Source: an uncultured Thermoplasmata archaeon (GTDB taxonomy: Archaea > Thermoplasmatota > Thermoplasmata > CAZPOY01). From it: a stretch of DNA of 41,025 nucleotides. Under the pieces are notes generated by a model, which saw only the letters and a program-made list of their open reading frames with translations, searched no databases and was not told the DNA's origin. Below, piece after piece: positions 8,606 to 17,608 of this stretch. The position numbers and the translations under genes were made by a program. The stretch is from NCBI GenBank assembly GCA_964588345.1, contig CAZPOY010000001.1, forward strand, positions 1 through 41,025, given 5' to 3'. Every line of letters starts with the position of its first letter. Position 1 is the first letter of the stretch.

Positions 8606-9510
8606 TGCCTGCTGAATACTACGAAGCCATCAAGGCCAACAAGTGGAAGACGTGGCTCCTGTTCCTTCTCTTCTTCGTGCTAATGGGACTCATAATCTTC
8701 TTCGTGGGCTATTTCTACAATGACGTGTGCATAGCATCCTTTTTGGTAATCCTCGTGCTGATATGGGGCATGGTAAGTTGGTTTGCAGGCGACAAGGTCA
8801 TCATGCGTGTGTCGGGTGCCAAAAAGGTATCCAAGCAGGAATACCCCTATCTTTTCAACGTAACCGAGGGACTGGCCATGGCTGCCGGCGTTCCCATGCC
8901 TGACCTTTACGTCATCGACGACAAGTCGCCCAACGCCTTTGCCACGGGCAGGGACCCCGACCACTCCAGCATCGCCGTCACCACGGGACTTCTCGATATC
9001 ATGAACCGGGCGGAACTCGAGGGCGTCATCGCCCATGAAATGAGCCACGTCCGCAACTACGACATACGCACAATGATGCTTGCGACGGTTTTGGTAGGCA
9101 TCATCACACTGATAGGCCATTTCTTCCTGAGGTCGCTTCTCTTTTCCCGGGGAAGGAAAAGGGGCGGAGGCAACCCCATCATTCTCATCATCGGCCTTGT
9201 TTTCATCATCCTTTCACCCTTCATCGCCCAGATGATCAAGATGGCCATTTCCCGCAAAAGGGAATATCTGGCCGATGCCTCAGCGGTGGAACTAACGAGA
9301 AATCCCGATGGCATCGGAAACGCTCTGCAAAAGCTTGCCGAGGACAAAACGCCCCTCAAGCGGGCCAACGGCTCCACGGCGCATCTCTACATCGAAAATC
9401 CCATGAAAAAGGAAGAAGGACTTTGGTCCAAATTCAGCGGCCTCTTTTCCACGCATCCACCCATCCAAGACCGGATAAATAAGGTGAGGGAGATGGGGCT
9501 GGTGGGATAA
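8605..9510 (+). CDS. htpX: HtpX-like M48 zinc metalloprotease
   Basis: 'HEMSHVRNYD' (HExxH), four predicted TM segments, 'REYLADASAVELT' and C-terminal 'STHPPIQDRI'. The start overlaps the lemA stop by 1 nt (TGATG). Confidence 0.85.
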   Translation: MPAEYYEAIKANKWKTWLLFLLFFVLMGLIIFFVGYFYNDVCIASFLVILVLIWGMVSWFAGDKVIMRVSGAKKVSKQEYPYLFNVTEGLAMAAGVPMPDLYVIDDKSPNAFATGRDPDHSSIAVTTGLLDIMNRAELEGVIAHEMSHVRNYDIRTMMLATVLVGIITLIGHFFLRSLLFSRGRKRGGGNPIILIIGLVFIILSPFIAQMIKMAISRKREYLADASAVELTRNPDGIGNALQKLAEDKTPLKRANGSTAHLYIENPMKKEEGLWSKFSGLFSTHPPIQDRINKVREMGLVG

Positions 9511-9535
9511 CAACCCGTTGCTGATGCAGTTATGA

Positions 9536-9578
9536 CGTGACTTTGACATGAAAAATAAAATTAAATGTCAAAGTCGCG
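9536..9578. terminator. 14-bp-stem hairpin between convergent genes; member of the ATGTCAAAGTC repeat family
   Basis: 'cgtgactttgacat' (9536-9549) pairs with 'atgtcaaagtcgcg' (9565-9578), with one G-U pair. The loop is 'gaaaaataaaattaa'. It sits between the htpX stop (9510) and the stop of the minus-strand STAND gene (9581). Confidence 0.45.
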
Positions 9579-9580
9579 GT

Positions 9581-12481
9581 TTAATCATTCATTAATCCCT
9601 TTATTCTCTCCACCCATCCGTGCATCTCCATCTCCTCAAATTGGTCCAAGGCCTTGGCCAACGCCTCCCGGGCTTTCCCCTCGTCTCCCGATTCCAGGTA
9701 AAGTTGCCCCTTCAAGAAGCGTATTTCAGCCATCCCCGGCCTGTTGGTGGCTTTTTCAAGGGATTCTAGTGCCCGGTCGTACGCCTTTTCCGATTCATCG
9801 TACTTGCCTTCCTTCATCTTCAGGTAGCCCGTGGCCCGGTGGAAGAGCCCGATTTCACCGGGAGAACCCAGTCCTTTGGCATTTTCGCCTGCTGCCTGGG
9901 CCATGGCCTCTGCCCCCTTCAAATCCCCCTGTTCCGCAAGAGACGTGCTCAAGCTTGACTGGTTGTGTATGAGGAGGGGAGGGATGCCCAGTTTTTCGGC
10001 AATGGACAAACTATTCTTGAAGTTCTCCACAGCTTCCCGATGCTCTCCACGGTATTGATGAACCAGACCGAGATTATGAAAGGCGATGCACTGCCCCAGT
10101 TTGTCGCCGATGCGTTCCTTCTGTTCGATGCTTTTACGGTAATTCTCTTCGGCCTTGTCATATTGCCCCATGTCCGAGTATATGAGACCGATGTTGCTCA
10201 GCACCATGCTTTCAGTGTGTATGTCGTTCCTCTCCCGGTATATCTCCAATCCCTTTTCGTAATACTCCAGAGCGCGGACCGTATCGCCCATGTCGGAATG
10301 GACCAGGCCGAGATTGTTCAGGGTCATGGACAGGGGTTCCTTGTCAGGGAGATTTTCCCTCATCTCCATGGCTTTGGAGAGGTATTTCAAGGCATCCTCG
10401 TATTCTGTCTTGGCCCAGTGGACGGTTCCCAGCCGGTGATATACGGCAGAGAGATTTTCCGGGTCGTCTAACGTTTCGGCCACCTGCCTGCTCTCTTCTA
10501 TCAAATCCAGCGCTTTGTCGAATTCTTCGTTGAGGACATAACTCCAACTCTTCTTTCCCAGCAATTCGGACTTGATGAGTGAAGGGGCGTCATCAAGGAG
10601 GTCGAGGCCCTTGTTGCAGTAATTCAAGGATGCCTCCGTGTCACCCTTCTTCTGGTAAGCGTCAGCGATGCGTTTGCATATCTTGGCTTTTTCTTGTGCA
10701 TCCTCCATATTCTTCAGGCAGTTGCTATATTCTTCGATGGCCTCATCGACCGAACCCGTGAGCGATTTCAAATCGGCGATTCTCACCTTGAGGTCCGTTT
10801 CCATCTCCTTCCTGTCGAAGGACTTGGCCTTGGGCAACCGTTCAATGGCTCCGCAATAGTACATCATGGCTTCTTCTGGAGCATAGGCACTCTCTGCCTT
10901 CTCCCCTGCCTTTAGGGCATATCTGAACGCCTTTTCGTCTTCGATGGTCTTTCCGAAATGCCTGGCAAGGTCGTAGAGGACTTCATCTACTTTCCCTTCG
11001 AACGCCTCTTCGTAATACTCTCCCAATGAGCGGTGATAGGCGTTCTTCCAGCGGGCCGATATGCCCTGATAAATGACGTCCATGAGGAGAATGGAAGAGA
11101 AAACCCCCTTTTCGCCCCGTTCATCCACCAAACCGGCCGTCACCAGTTCGCCCTTTGCCGAATCCAGCCCCTTCACAAGGTCCAGGGAGAATGCGTCCTT
11201 CCAAAGGAAATGCCGGCCTATGCAGGAAGCATATTCCGCCAGATTAATGGCATCGGGTTCGAGCACGTTGAGCCGGGATGAAAATAGGTCTTCGAGGGTT
11301 TTTGGGACGGCATAATCCTCTTTTACGACGCGATAGGTTCCGTTGTCTTTGATGAAACAGTTCTCAACCTCCATCTGCTTTAGGACCTCTTGGATGAAAA
11401 GCGGGTTCCCCTGGGACGCTTCGTAAATGCCGTCAATGAAATCCTCGGAGAAATCATTGGGCGAGTAGGAACTCCGAACCAGCATTTCAGTAGCTTTGCC
11501 GTCCAGCGGCTTAAGGACCACTTCCGAGAAGAAATCGTTTTGCCGAAGGTTCGGGTCAAAGACGTTTGCCTCCTCTTCACCGGGTCTGCATGACGCAAGA
11601 AGCAGAATGGGCATGTCCCTGATGTTGGTTGCAACGTAATCGAGAACGAACCGGGAGGAATCGTCGGACCACTGCATGTCTTCCAACGCAAGGAGAATCG
11701 GAGCGTTTTTTGCGTTCTCTCTCAGGAGGGCCATCACCCTTTCTGCAGTTCGGACCCGTTCTTTTTCAAGTTCGATGCCCATGATGCTCCGCCGCACGTG
11801 AAAACGCCATCGGGTTAGTTCGTCTATCATCTCCCGAACCGGGCTTACGGACCTCATGTCGCCGTCCCAATCTGCAAGCAGTTCACCGTGCTGCCGGTCT
11901 ATCCGGGACACCGTCTTGGCAAGGGCAGACCTCATGTCTGGATGCAATTCTCCCTTGGACACGGCTGTGAGAAAAAACGACTTGCCATGTTCTATCAATA
12001 TCTTCAGGTCGCCGTATTCCAGCATTCCCAGCGACGAGTCCCCGCCTCCCGTTTCGTCGAAGGAGTCTTTTATGAAGTCCTGCACCGCTGAAAACATCCC
12101 GGCGAAGATGTCCGGGTCGATGCTCTCCTCGTCTTCCGAAGAAGCCTTGGCCACGAGGATGCCAGCGCTGTCGACGACGAATATCTCTGAAAAAGAGACG
12201 AAATTCTTATTGTGAAATATCGGTTCATGGCTCAATTCATCAAAAGCGTTGATGAAGGATTCGAAGGGCGTTTCGAGATTCTTTTCAGCGTAACCTCTGG
12301 CTAAGACGAAACCCTCCGACCGGCACATCGCTTCCACGGCATCCAAATATGCTGTCTTGCCAATCCCCGGGTCACCCATGACGGAGAGGACCTTCCCCTT
12401 CCCCTTGGATACCGCATCAATGAGACGTTTTGCGAGGTCCAATTCACGTTTTCTGCCAGTCAATTTTCGGTCACCGCTCAT
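9581..12481 (-). CDS. AAA_16/STAND-type P-loop ATPase with an inserted alpha/beta domain and a C-terminal TPR array (paralog 2)
   Basis: 'VLSVMGDPGIGKTAYL' (Walker A), 'PILLALEDMQWSDDSS' (Walker B), and TPR-like repeats to the C-terminus. It is collinear with the 4297 gene, including the 'DIFAGMFSAVQ' insertion. Confidence 0.75.
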   Translation of the reverse strand: MSGDRKLTGRKRELDLAKRLIDAVSKGKGKVLSVMGDPGIGKTAYLDAVEAMCRSEGFVLARGYAEKNLETPFESFINAFDELSHEPIFHNKNFVSFSEIFVVDSAGILVAKASSEDEESIDPDIFAGMFSAVQDFIKDSFDETGGGDSSLGMLEYGDLKILIEHGKSFFLTAVSKGELHPDMRSALAKTVSRIDRQHGELLADWDGDMRSVSPVREMIDELTRWRFHVRRSIMGIELEKERVRTAERVMALLRENAKNAPILLALEDMQWSDDSSRFVLDYVATNIRDMPILLLASCRPGEEEANVFDPNLRQNDFFSEVVLKPLDGKATEMLVRSSYSPNDFSEDFIDGIYEASQGNPLFIQEVLKQMEVENCFIKDNGTYRVVKEDYAVPKTLEDLFSSRLNVLEPDAINLAEYASCIGRHFLWKDAFSLDLVKGLDSAKGELVTAGLVDERGEKGVFSSILLMDVIYQGISARWKNAYHRSLGEYYEEAFEGKVDEVLYDLARHFGKTIEDEKAFRYALKAGEKAESAYAPEEAMMYYCGAIERLPKAKSFDRKEMETDLKVRIADLKSLTGSVDEAIEEYSNCLKNMEDAQEKAKICKRIADAYQKKGDTEASLNYCNKGLDLLDDAPSLIKSELLGKKSWSYVLNEEFDKALDLIEESRQVAETLDDPENLSAVYHRLGTVHWAKTEYEDALKYLSKAMEMRENLPDKEPLSMTLNNLGLVHSDMGDTVRALEYYEKGLEIYRERNDIHTESMVLSNIGLIYSDMGQYDKAEENYRKSIEQKERIGDKLGQCIAFHNLGLVHQYRGEHREAVENFKNSLSIAEKLGIPPLLIHNQSSLSTSLAEQGDLKGAEAMAQAAGENAKGLGSPGEIGLFHRATGYLKMKEGKYDESEKAYDRALESLEKATNRPGMAEIRFLKGQLYLESGDEGKAREALAKALDQFEEMEMHGWVERIKGLMND

Positions 12482-12601
12482 TTCTATTTCCCCTTAAATA
12501 GATGGAAGAAGGAATAATTAATTCTGTTGGTCTGAATTGGTAAAAATGACAAATAACGATTGTCCGAAGGGAAAACGTTCAAAAAGGACTTTCGTCTTAC
12601 A

Positions 12602-13186
12602 ATGAGTTGCATGACAAGAGAGCATCATCACGCAGGCGGGTCCAGCGAGGGGGACTTTTCACCCGACGACCTCATCGGTTTTTCCAATATCAAAAAGGGG
12701 GACGTCGTTCAGGATGCGGGTTGCGGGTCGGGGCACATGTCGATACGGGCAGCAGAAAGGGTTGGCTCAAACGGCACGGTTTTTGCAATGGACGAACACG
12801 AACCCGGGCTGGAAAAACTCCGAAAGAGGGTCCAGAAAAAGGGGCTCGAGAACGTCATAGTCAAAAATCAGGACCTCACGAAAGAATGGTCTTTGGACCT
12901 TCCCGCCGACGTGGTTTATCTCGTCAATGTGCTTCACGGTTTCGTGATAAACGGCGAGGACGGAGATTTCTTCACGCACCTCAAGAAGAATCTGAAACAA
13001 GACGGCAAGGTCGTGGTGGTGGAACACGAGAAGAGGGACGCCGGGCACGGACCCAGACCCAGTGAGCGGCTTTCGGCAAAAGAAGTTGAGCAGGTGCTGG
13101 AAAGATACGGATTCACCCTTGTGAAAAAGAGGCCCCTCACTCCAACGCTTCATGCGTCCATGTACCGAATGGTGGAACAGGGATGA
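12602..13186 (+). CDS. Class I SAM-dependent methyltransferase
   Basis: Motif I 'VVQDAGCGSGHMS', then 'VFAMDEHE' and 'DVVYLVNVLHGF'. The ATG at 12602 is preferred over the TTG at 12560; the start is uncertain. Confidence 0.7.
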   Translation: MSCMTREHHHAGGSSEGDFSPDDLIGFSNIKKGDVVQDAGCGSGHMSIRAAERVGSNGTVFAMDEHEPGLEKLRKRVQKKGLENVIVKNQDLTKEWSLDLPADVVYLVNVLHGFVINGEDGDFFTHLKKNLKQDGKVVVVEHEKRDAGHGPRPSERLSAKEVEQVLERYGFTLVKKRPLTPTLHASMYRMVEQG

Positions 13187-13845
13187 AACGGATGAAAGAA
13201 CTCCTCCAGAGCATGAAAAACCATTCGCACCTGGACAACATGTCCGTGGTGCTAAGGCATGCAGACCGGGACAGAATATTCGACCCCCGGGATGTTTTCA
13301 AGGTCCCATTGAACGAGGACGGGAAGGCAAAAGCACGTCGATTCGGAAGATTGCTGGAAGTGGAAAAAGCGGTGGAGCTGCGACACAGCCCCGTCCCCCG
13401 TTGCAGGCAAACGGCGGAACTGATTCTCGAGGGATTCTTGGAGACGGGAGGAGAAGGAAGGATGGGTCTGCCGGACCAGCGTCTCGCTTGCGATTACATC
13501 GGTGACAATCATCGCCTCTTTCCCATTTTCAATGAATTGGGCAGCGAAGGTTTCATTCGCAAGTGGTTTGAGAACAAGATAAGCGAAGAGATAATAGGCG
13601 ACCCCCATGAAGTGAGCGACGTCCTTGCCCGATATCTCAAGGAGAGTTCCTCCAAAGAACGAGTCACCATTCACGTGACCCATGATTGGAACGTTCTGCT
13701 GCTGAGAAGCATCGTTTTTGGCAATGCCGGTGAAAATGGATGGCCTGGTTTCATGGAAGGGGTCGTGGTGGTAGGCGACAGCCATGGGCAAAAGATGGTC
13801 TATCCCAAGGCCCATGAATCCTTCAGCAACCAGGGTCTCGAATGA
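13183..13845 (+). CDS. Histidine phosphatase superfamily (phosphoglycerate mutase-like) protein
   Basis: 'VVLRHADRD' (RHG-type motif) and 'HVTHDWNVLLL' (second catalytic His). ATGA overlap with the methyltransferase stop. Confidence 0.6.
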   Translation: MKRMKELLQSMKNHSHLDNMSVVLRHADRDRIFDPRDVFKVPLNEDGKAKARRFGRLLEVEKAVELRHSPVPRCRQTAELILEGFLETGGEGRMGLPDQRLACDYIGDNHRLFPIFNELGSEGFIRKWFENKISEEIIGDPHEVSDVLARYLKESSSKERVTIHVTHDWNVLLLRSIVFGNAGENGWPGFMEGVVVVGDSHGQKMVYPKAHESFSNQGLE

Positions 13846-13929
13846 GTAAATGGCCTGGAGGAACGACCCAACTTCCTTCGAATAGTTTTTTATCTGCGGA
13901 GGACGATTGTTCCATAACGCTTGAAGGAC

Positions 13930-14889
13930 ATGAACGACGAATATGTGATTGAGACGAAAAATCTGATGAAAAGATACCCCGGCGGGGTTACGGCCGTAAA
14001 AGACCTTTCCATTGAGGTGAAAAGGGGCGAGGTGTTCGGTTTTCTAGGCCCCAACGGCGCAGGCAAATCCACGGCGCTGAAAATGATGGTGGGCCTTCTT
14101 AAGCCAACAAAGGGAGAGACCCGAATAAACGGAAGATTGGTGAAACCCGGGTCCAGGGTCGTCAAGGAGAAGGTAGGCGTCGTTCCCCAGGAAGTGACTT
14201 TGTGGAAGCGTTTGACGGTCAAAGAGAACTTGTACCTAATGGGCGAACTATATCTCGTGCCAAGAAAGAGGGTCAGGGAAAGTACGGATGGGCTACTCAA
14301 GGCCTTGCAGTTGACCGACAAGAGAAAGAGCAAGGTCTCCGAACTTTCAGGGGGAATGAAGCGACGGCTGAACGTGGCCATGGCCCTGATACACGACCCG
14401 GAGATCATCCTCATGGACGAACCGTCTCCTGGATTGGACCCCCAGTCCCGGCTGGTGTTATGGGATTTCATCAAGAGCATACCTGAAAAGGGTGAGAAGA
14501 CGGTCATATTGACGACGCATTTCATGGAAGAAGCCGACAGACTGTCACACCGAGTCGCCATCATGGACAACGGACTTCTTTTGGTGAAAGATACGCCCGG
14601 GGAACTGAAAAACCGCATGGGCGAAGGTGACGTTTTGGAACTGGAAGTCAACCTGGAAGCGGAAACGGGCCCGTTGGTAAGCCGGATGATGGAACTCCCG
14701 CTGATACTGGATGTGAAGGTCGTGGACGAGGGAAAGATATGGGTCCGGGCCCACAATGCAGTGGCTCAGATGCCCAAGGTGTTCAGTCTAGCTGCCGAAT
14801 GCAATGTTGATTTCAGGGACGTAAAGCTCAGGAAGAACACCCTGGAAGACGTTTTCATTTCCTTGACGGGAAGGGGGCTTCGCGAATGA
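13930..14889 (+). CDS. ABC transporter ATP-binding protein (ABC-2/DrrA-like exporter type)
   Basis: Walker A 'GPNGAGKST', signature 'LSGGMKRRLNVA', Walker B 'IILMDEPSPGLD', H-loop 'TTHFMEEA'. The start is the ATG at 13930 or the TTG at 13921. Confidence 0.85.
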   Translation: MNDEYVIETKNLMKRYPGGVTAVKDLSIEVKRGEVFGFLGPNGAGKSTALKMMVGLLKPTKGETRINGRLVKPGSRVVKEKVGVVPQEVTLWKRLTVKENLYLMGELYLVPRKRVRESTDGLLKALQLTDKRKSKVSELSGGMKRRLNVAMALIHDPEIILMDEPSPGLDPQSRLVLWDFIKSIPEKGEKTVILTTHFMEEADRLSHRVAIMDNGLLLVKDTPGELKNRMGEGDVLELEVNLEAETGPLVSRMMELPLILDVKVVDEGKIWVRAHNAVAQMPKVFSLAAECNVDFRDVKLRKNTLEDVFISLTGRGLRE

Positions 14890-16301
14890 GGGTCTGGGCG
14901 ATTCTTAAAAAAACGGTCAAGGAGATGCTCAGGGACCGGCTCACCATCGTCTTCGGGCTGGTTTTCCCCATTATGCTCATCGTCGTATTCGGCGCCGCTT
15001 TCGGCTCTTTTACGGGAAATGAAAACACCTACGAAATCGCCGTCATCAACCTGGACGAAGGGTTCACGTATGACAACGCAACGGTCAATCACGGGGAGAA
15101 CGTTCTAACGTATCTGAATGAGATGAAATACGTGGGCCAGACCGGTGAAAACACCTCCACCAACGTATTCTCCTTGAAGAGGGGCATCGACGAAGAAGAG
15201 GCCCAGAAGATGGTGGAAGACCAGGACATCTCCGCATATGTCGTCATACCAAGGAACTTCTCCCGGGCGGTGCAGAGTGAAATGTCAAGGTACATCCGGT
15301 CTGCCGTCATGGCCGGCGCTCAGGAATGGCTCCGGGAGATGGGGGACATCAACTACTCCGACCCGGAAGCGGTCAGTGCCATCGTGGAAGAACTTTTTCA
15401 GAATCTAAGTTCGGCCGGCGTAGATTTCACCGAACCGATGCCCGGATTGGAGAACACTACGGCGACGGTCACAGTCAATGGGGACCCGGGCAGGGCAGCA
15501 TTCTTCACCGTGAACGGCATAATGGACACGGTCCTCAGGAATTACATTAACCGGGTCAGTCAAGAGGGGCTAGTAGAAGCTGAACCGTACCTGCCCTTCA
15601 ATGTCGATGCCTCCGTCCAGGACCCCTACGTCATCGTGGAGAACAAGGCCCTGGCGGCGAAAGATTTCACAGAATTTGACTACCACGTCCCCGGCGTCAT
15701 GGTTTTCGCCCTCCTCATCAGTTCCATCACAGTTTCCATATACCTTTCCAGAGAAGAGAGCAACGGAACTCTGGTCCGGCTGAAGCTTACGAAGATGCGT
15801 TCCTTCGACCTGCTCCTGGGAACGATAATCCCTTACACGGTCCTCTCCATAATCCAATTATTCGTCCTCGTGGGCGTCGCTGTTCTCATCGGATACAATC
15901 TCAACCCCGATATGAATTACTTCGTTCTGATGCTGGTGGCGGTGCTGGGATGCCTTGCTTCCGTAGCATTGGGGCTCATACTCGCATCGGTTGTGAAAAA
16001 CGAGGAGCAGGCAGGGACCCTTTCTGCTGCAGTTGTGATTCCGATTTCCTTTCTCATCGGTGCCTGGCTCCCGCTCCCGTCCATCCGCCTAACGGACGAT
16101 TTTTTTGGAACGGGCAAGTCCTTCAACCTTTTCGACTGGCTTCCATGGACGCAGTGCTACCGTGCCCTTTCCAAAACCATGACCTTCGGTGCGGACCTGT
16201 CCGACGTTGCCTTTGAACTTGTTCTGATGGTCGTCCTGACCGCGTTGCTTTTTGCCCTGGGAGTGGCCATTTACCACGGGTCACGCCTGAGGTCCGGCTA
16301 A
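14886..16301 (+). CDS. ABC-2 type transporter permease with a large extracytoplasmic loop
   Basis: ATGA overlap with the ATPase stop. N-terminal 'LRDRLTIVFGLVFPIMLIVVFGAAFG', a ~220-aa soluble loop, then five hydrophobic segments. Confidence 0.75.
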   Translation: MRVWAILKKTVKEMLRDRLTIVFGLVFPIMLIVVFGAAFGSFTGNENTYEIAVINLDEGFTYDNATVNHGENVLTYLNEMKYVGQTGENTSTNVFSLKRGIDEEEAQKMVEDQDISAYVVIPRNFSRAVQSEMSRYIRSAVMAGAQEWLREMGDINYSDPEAVSAIVEELFQNLSSAGVDFTEPMPGLENTTATVTVNGDPGRAAFFTVNGIMDTVLRNYINRVSQEGLVEAEPYLPFNVDASVQDPYVIVENKALAAKDFTEFDYHVPGVMVFALLISSITVSIYLSREESNGTLVRLKLTKMRSFDLLLGTIIPYTVLSIIQLFVLVGVAVLIGYNLNPDMNYFVLMLVAVLGCLASVALGLILASVVKNEEQAGTLSAAVVIPISFLIGAWLPLPSIRLTDDFFGTGKSFNLFDWLPWTQCYRALSKTMTFGADLSDVAFELVLMVVLTALLFALGVAIYHGSRLRSG

Positions 16302-16344
16302 AATCCAGATACGCTTAAGTGCCAAGAGGACATCTGAAAAAATC

Positions 16345-16953
16345 ATGACGGCACCTGCTTTCATCGCCGTGGACATGCAGAACGATTTCGCCTCGCCTGG
16401 CGGAATATTTTACGCAAGGAGAGAGTCCGTGGATTTCGTTCTTGATGAACTGGTTCCCTTCCTTGCAAAAAAAAGGGTCAAGACGTTGGAAATCGTTTCG
16501 GATTACCGTCCGCCCAGGCCCGGCGACCCAAGAGATTGCTGCCATCCTGGTGAATGGGGGTACGCTTCCGTTCTTCCCAGGCAGGTCGTCAAGGAGCCCG
16601 TCTGGATAAAATCCATGAATTCCCCCGCATGGGTTCGAAAAAACATCGGGGAGAAAGACAAGGAACCGGGGGTCCCCTTTCCCGACCCTGCAGCTTTCCA
16701 TGAATGGCTGGAAAAAAATGGGGGAGATGCCCGTCGCGTGGTGCTTTTCGGCCTCACTCTTGACCGATGCGTCCTTTGCACCGCCCAGGAGCTTTCTTTT
16801 AGAGGTTACGATGTGCAGGTACTTAGAGAAGCGACGGATGTGGCTTCGGGGTCACTAGAAGAGAAGAACCAACTCTTATCGGACCCGCCCCTTGCCTATT
16901 GGATGAGGCCGGTGACCTTTTCCTCTTTGTTGGAGGCAGAGGACCTTGGGTAG
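16345..16953 (+). CDS. Isochorismatase-family cysteine hydrolase
   Basis: 'AFIAVDMQNDF' (catalytic Asp block) and 'VVLFGLTLDRCVLCTAQE' (nucleophile Cys block). Confidence 0.7.
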   Translation: MTAPAFIAVDMQNDFASPGGIFYARRESVDFVLDELVPFLAKKRVKTLEIVSDYRPPRPGDPRDCCHPGEWGYASVLPRQVVKEPVWIKSMNSPAWVRKNIGEKDKEPGVPFPDPAAFHEWLEKNGGDARRVVLFGLTLDRCVLCTAQELSFRGYDVQVLREATDVASGSLEEKNQLLSDPPLAYWMRPVTFSSLLEAEDLG

Positions 16954-17527
16954 AAGGATACTCGTAATAATGGGGCACCCCGACGGCGATTCTTACTGTC
17001 ATGACCTGGCCGTGGCTTATGCCCAAGGGGCGAGAAAAGCAGGGCACGACGTGGAAATGGTCCAACTCCCGAAACTGAATTTCGACCCCGTGCTTCACAA
17101 GGGGTACAAGGAAAGGCAGGTACTGGAACCGGACCTTGCAAAGGCCCAGGAACTTATCAAATGGTGCCAACATCTCGTCCTGGTTTATCCGACTTGGTGG
17201 GGAACGCTTCCGTCACTCACAAAGGGCTTCATAGACAGGACATTCCTGCCGGGCTTTGCTTTCAATTCGAAAAAAGGGAGGAAATTACCCGTTCAACATT
17301 TGAAGGGACGAAGCGCCAGGGTGGTCACCACCATGGATTCGCCATACTGGTTCTACTGGCTTTGGATAGGCCGTCCCGGCTTCAAGATGGTCAAACGTTC
17401 CGTCCTGGGCTTTTGCGGTTTTAGCCCCGTGAGATTCACGGCTTTTTCCAACATCCGTTTCCTGGGAAAGAACAAGCTCGATAGAAACATTGAAAAAGCA
17501 CGGTCCCTCGGTGCGAAGGCCAGATAG
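16946..17527 (+). CDS. Flavodoxin-like fold NAD(P)H dehydrogenase (quinone), Flavodoxin_2 family
   Basis: 'RILVIMGHPDGDSY' and 'LVLVYPTWWGTLPSLTKGFIDRTFLPGFAF'. The TTG start overlaps the upstream stop by 8 nt; an alternative ATG lies at 16970. Confidence 0.7.
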   Translation: MGRRILVIMGHPDGDSYCHDLAVAYAQGARKAGHDVEMVQLPKLNFDPVLHKGYKERQVLEPDLAKAQELIKWCQHLVLVYPTWWGTLPSLTKGFIDRTFLPGFAFNSKKGRKLPVQHLKGRSARVVTTMDSPYWFYWLWIGRPGFKMVKRSVLGFCGFSPVRFTAFSNIRFLGKNKLDRNIEKARSLGAKAR

Positions 17528-17608
17528 TCCTTTTTCATCATTTTTTCCAAACCGCAGCTTCCCGATAAAATAATATATCTCAAGAATCCTAGTAATGTTT
17601 TGGTGAGC

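Noticed and set aside
9565-12215. Numerous 60-170-aa plus-strand ORFs (for example 9565-9972 and 9965-10471) opposite the second STAND gene.
   Set aside because: All are antisense to a continuous 966-aa ORF with Walker and TPR motifs, and they have biased Pro/Ser/Arg compositions. The 9565 ORF's 'MSKS' start is simply the repeat word ATGTCAAAGTC.
4297-12481. Calling the STAND-TPR proteins Avs-type antiviral STAND defence proteins or LuxR/MalT-type regulators.
   Set aside because: No N-terminal nuclease, protease or TIR effector and no HTH output domain is visible. Only the NTPase, the inserted domain and the TPR array can be supported, so the functional class is left open.
12607-13065. The 152-aa plus-strand ORF overlapping the methyltransferase in another frame.
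   Set aside because: Its Arg/Gly-rich composition ('RRRVQRGGLFTRRPHRF') marks a frame-shifted shadow. The methyltransferase frame has SAM-binding motif I.
13890-14756. The 288-aa minus-strand ORF antisense to the ABC ATPase.
   Set aside because: It is Ser/Thr/Pro-rich with no motifs. The plus-strand frame carries complete Walker A, signature and Walker B motifs.
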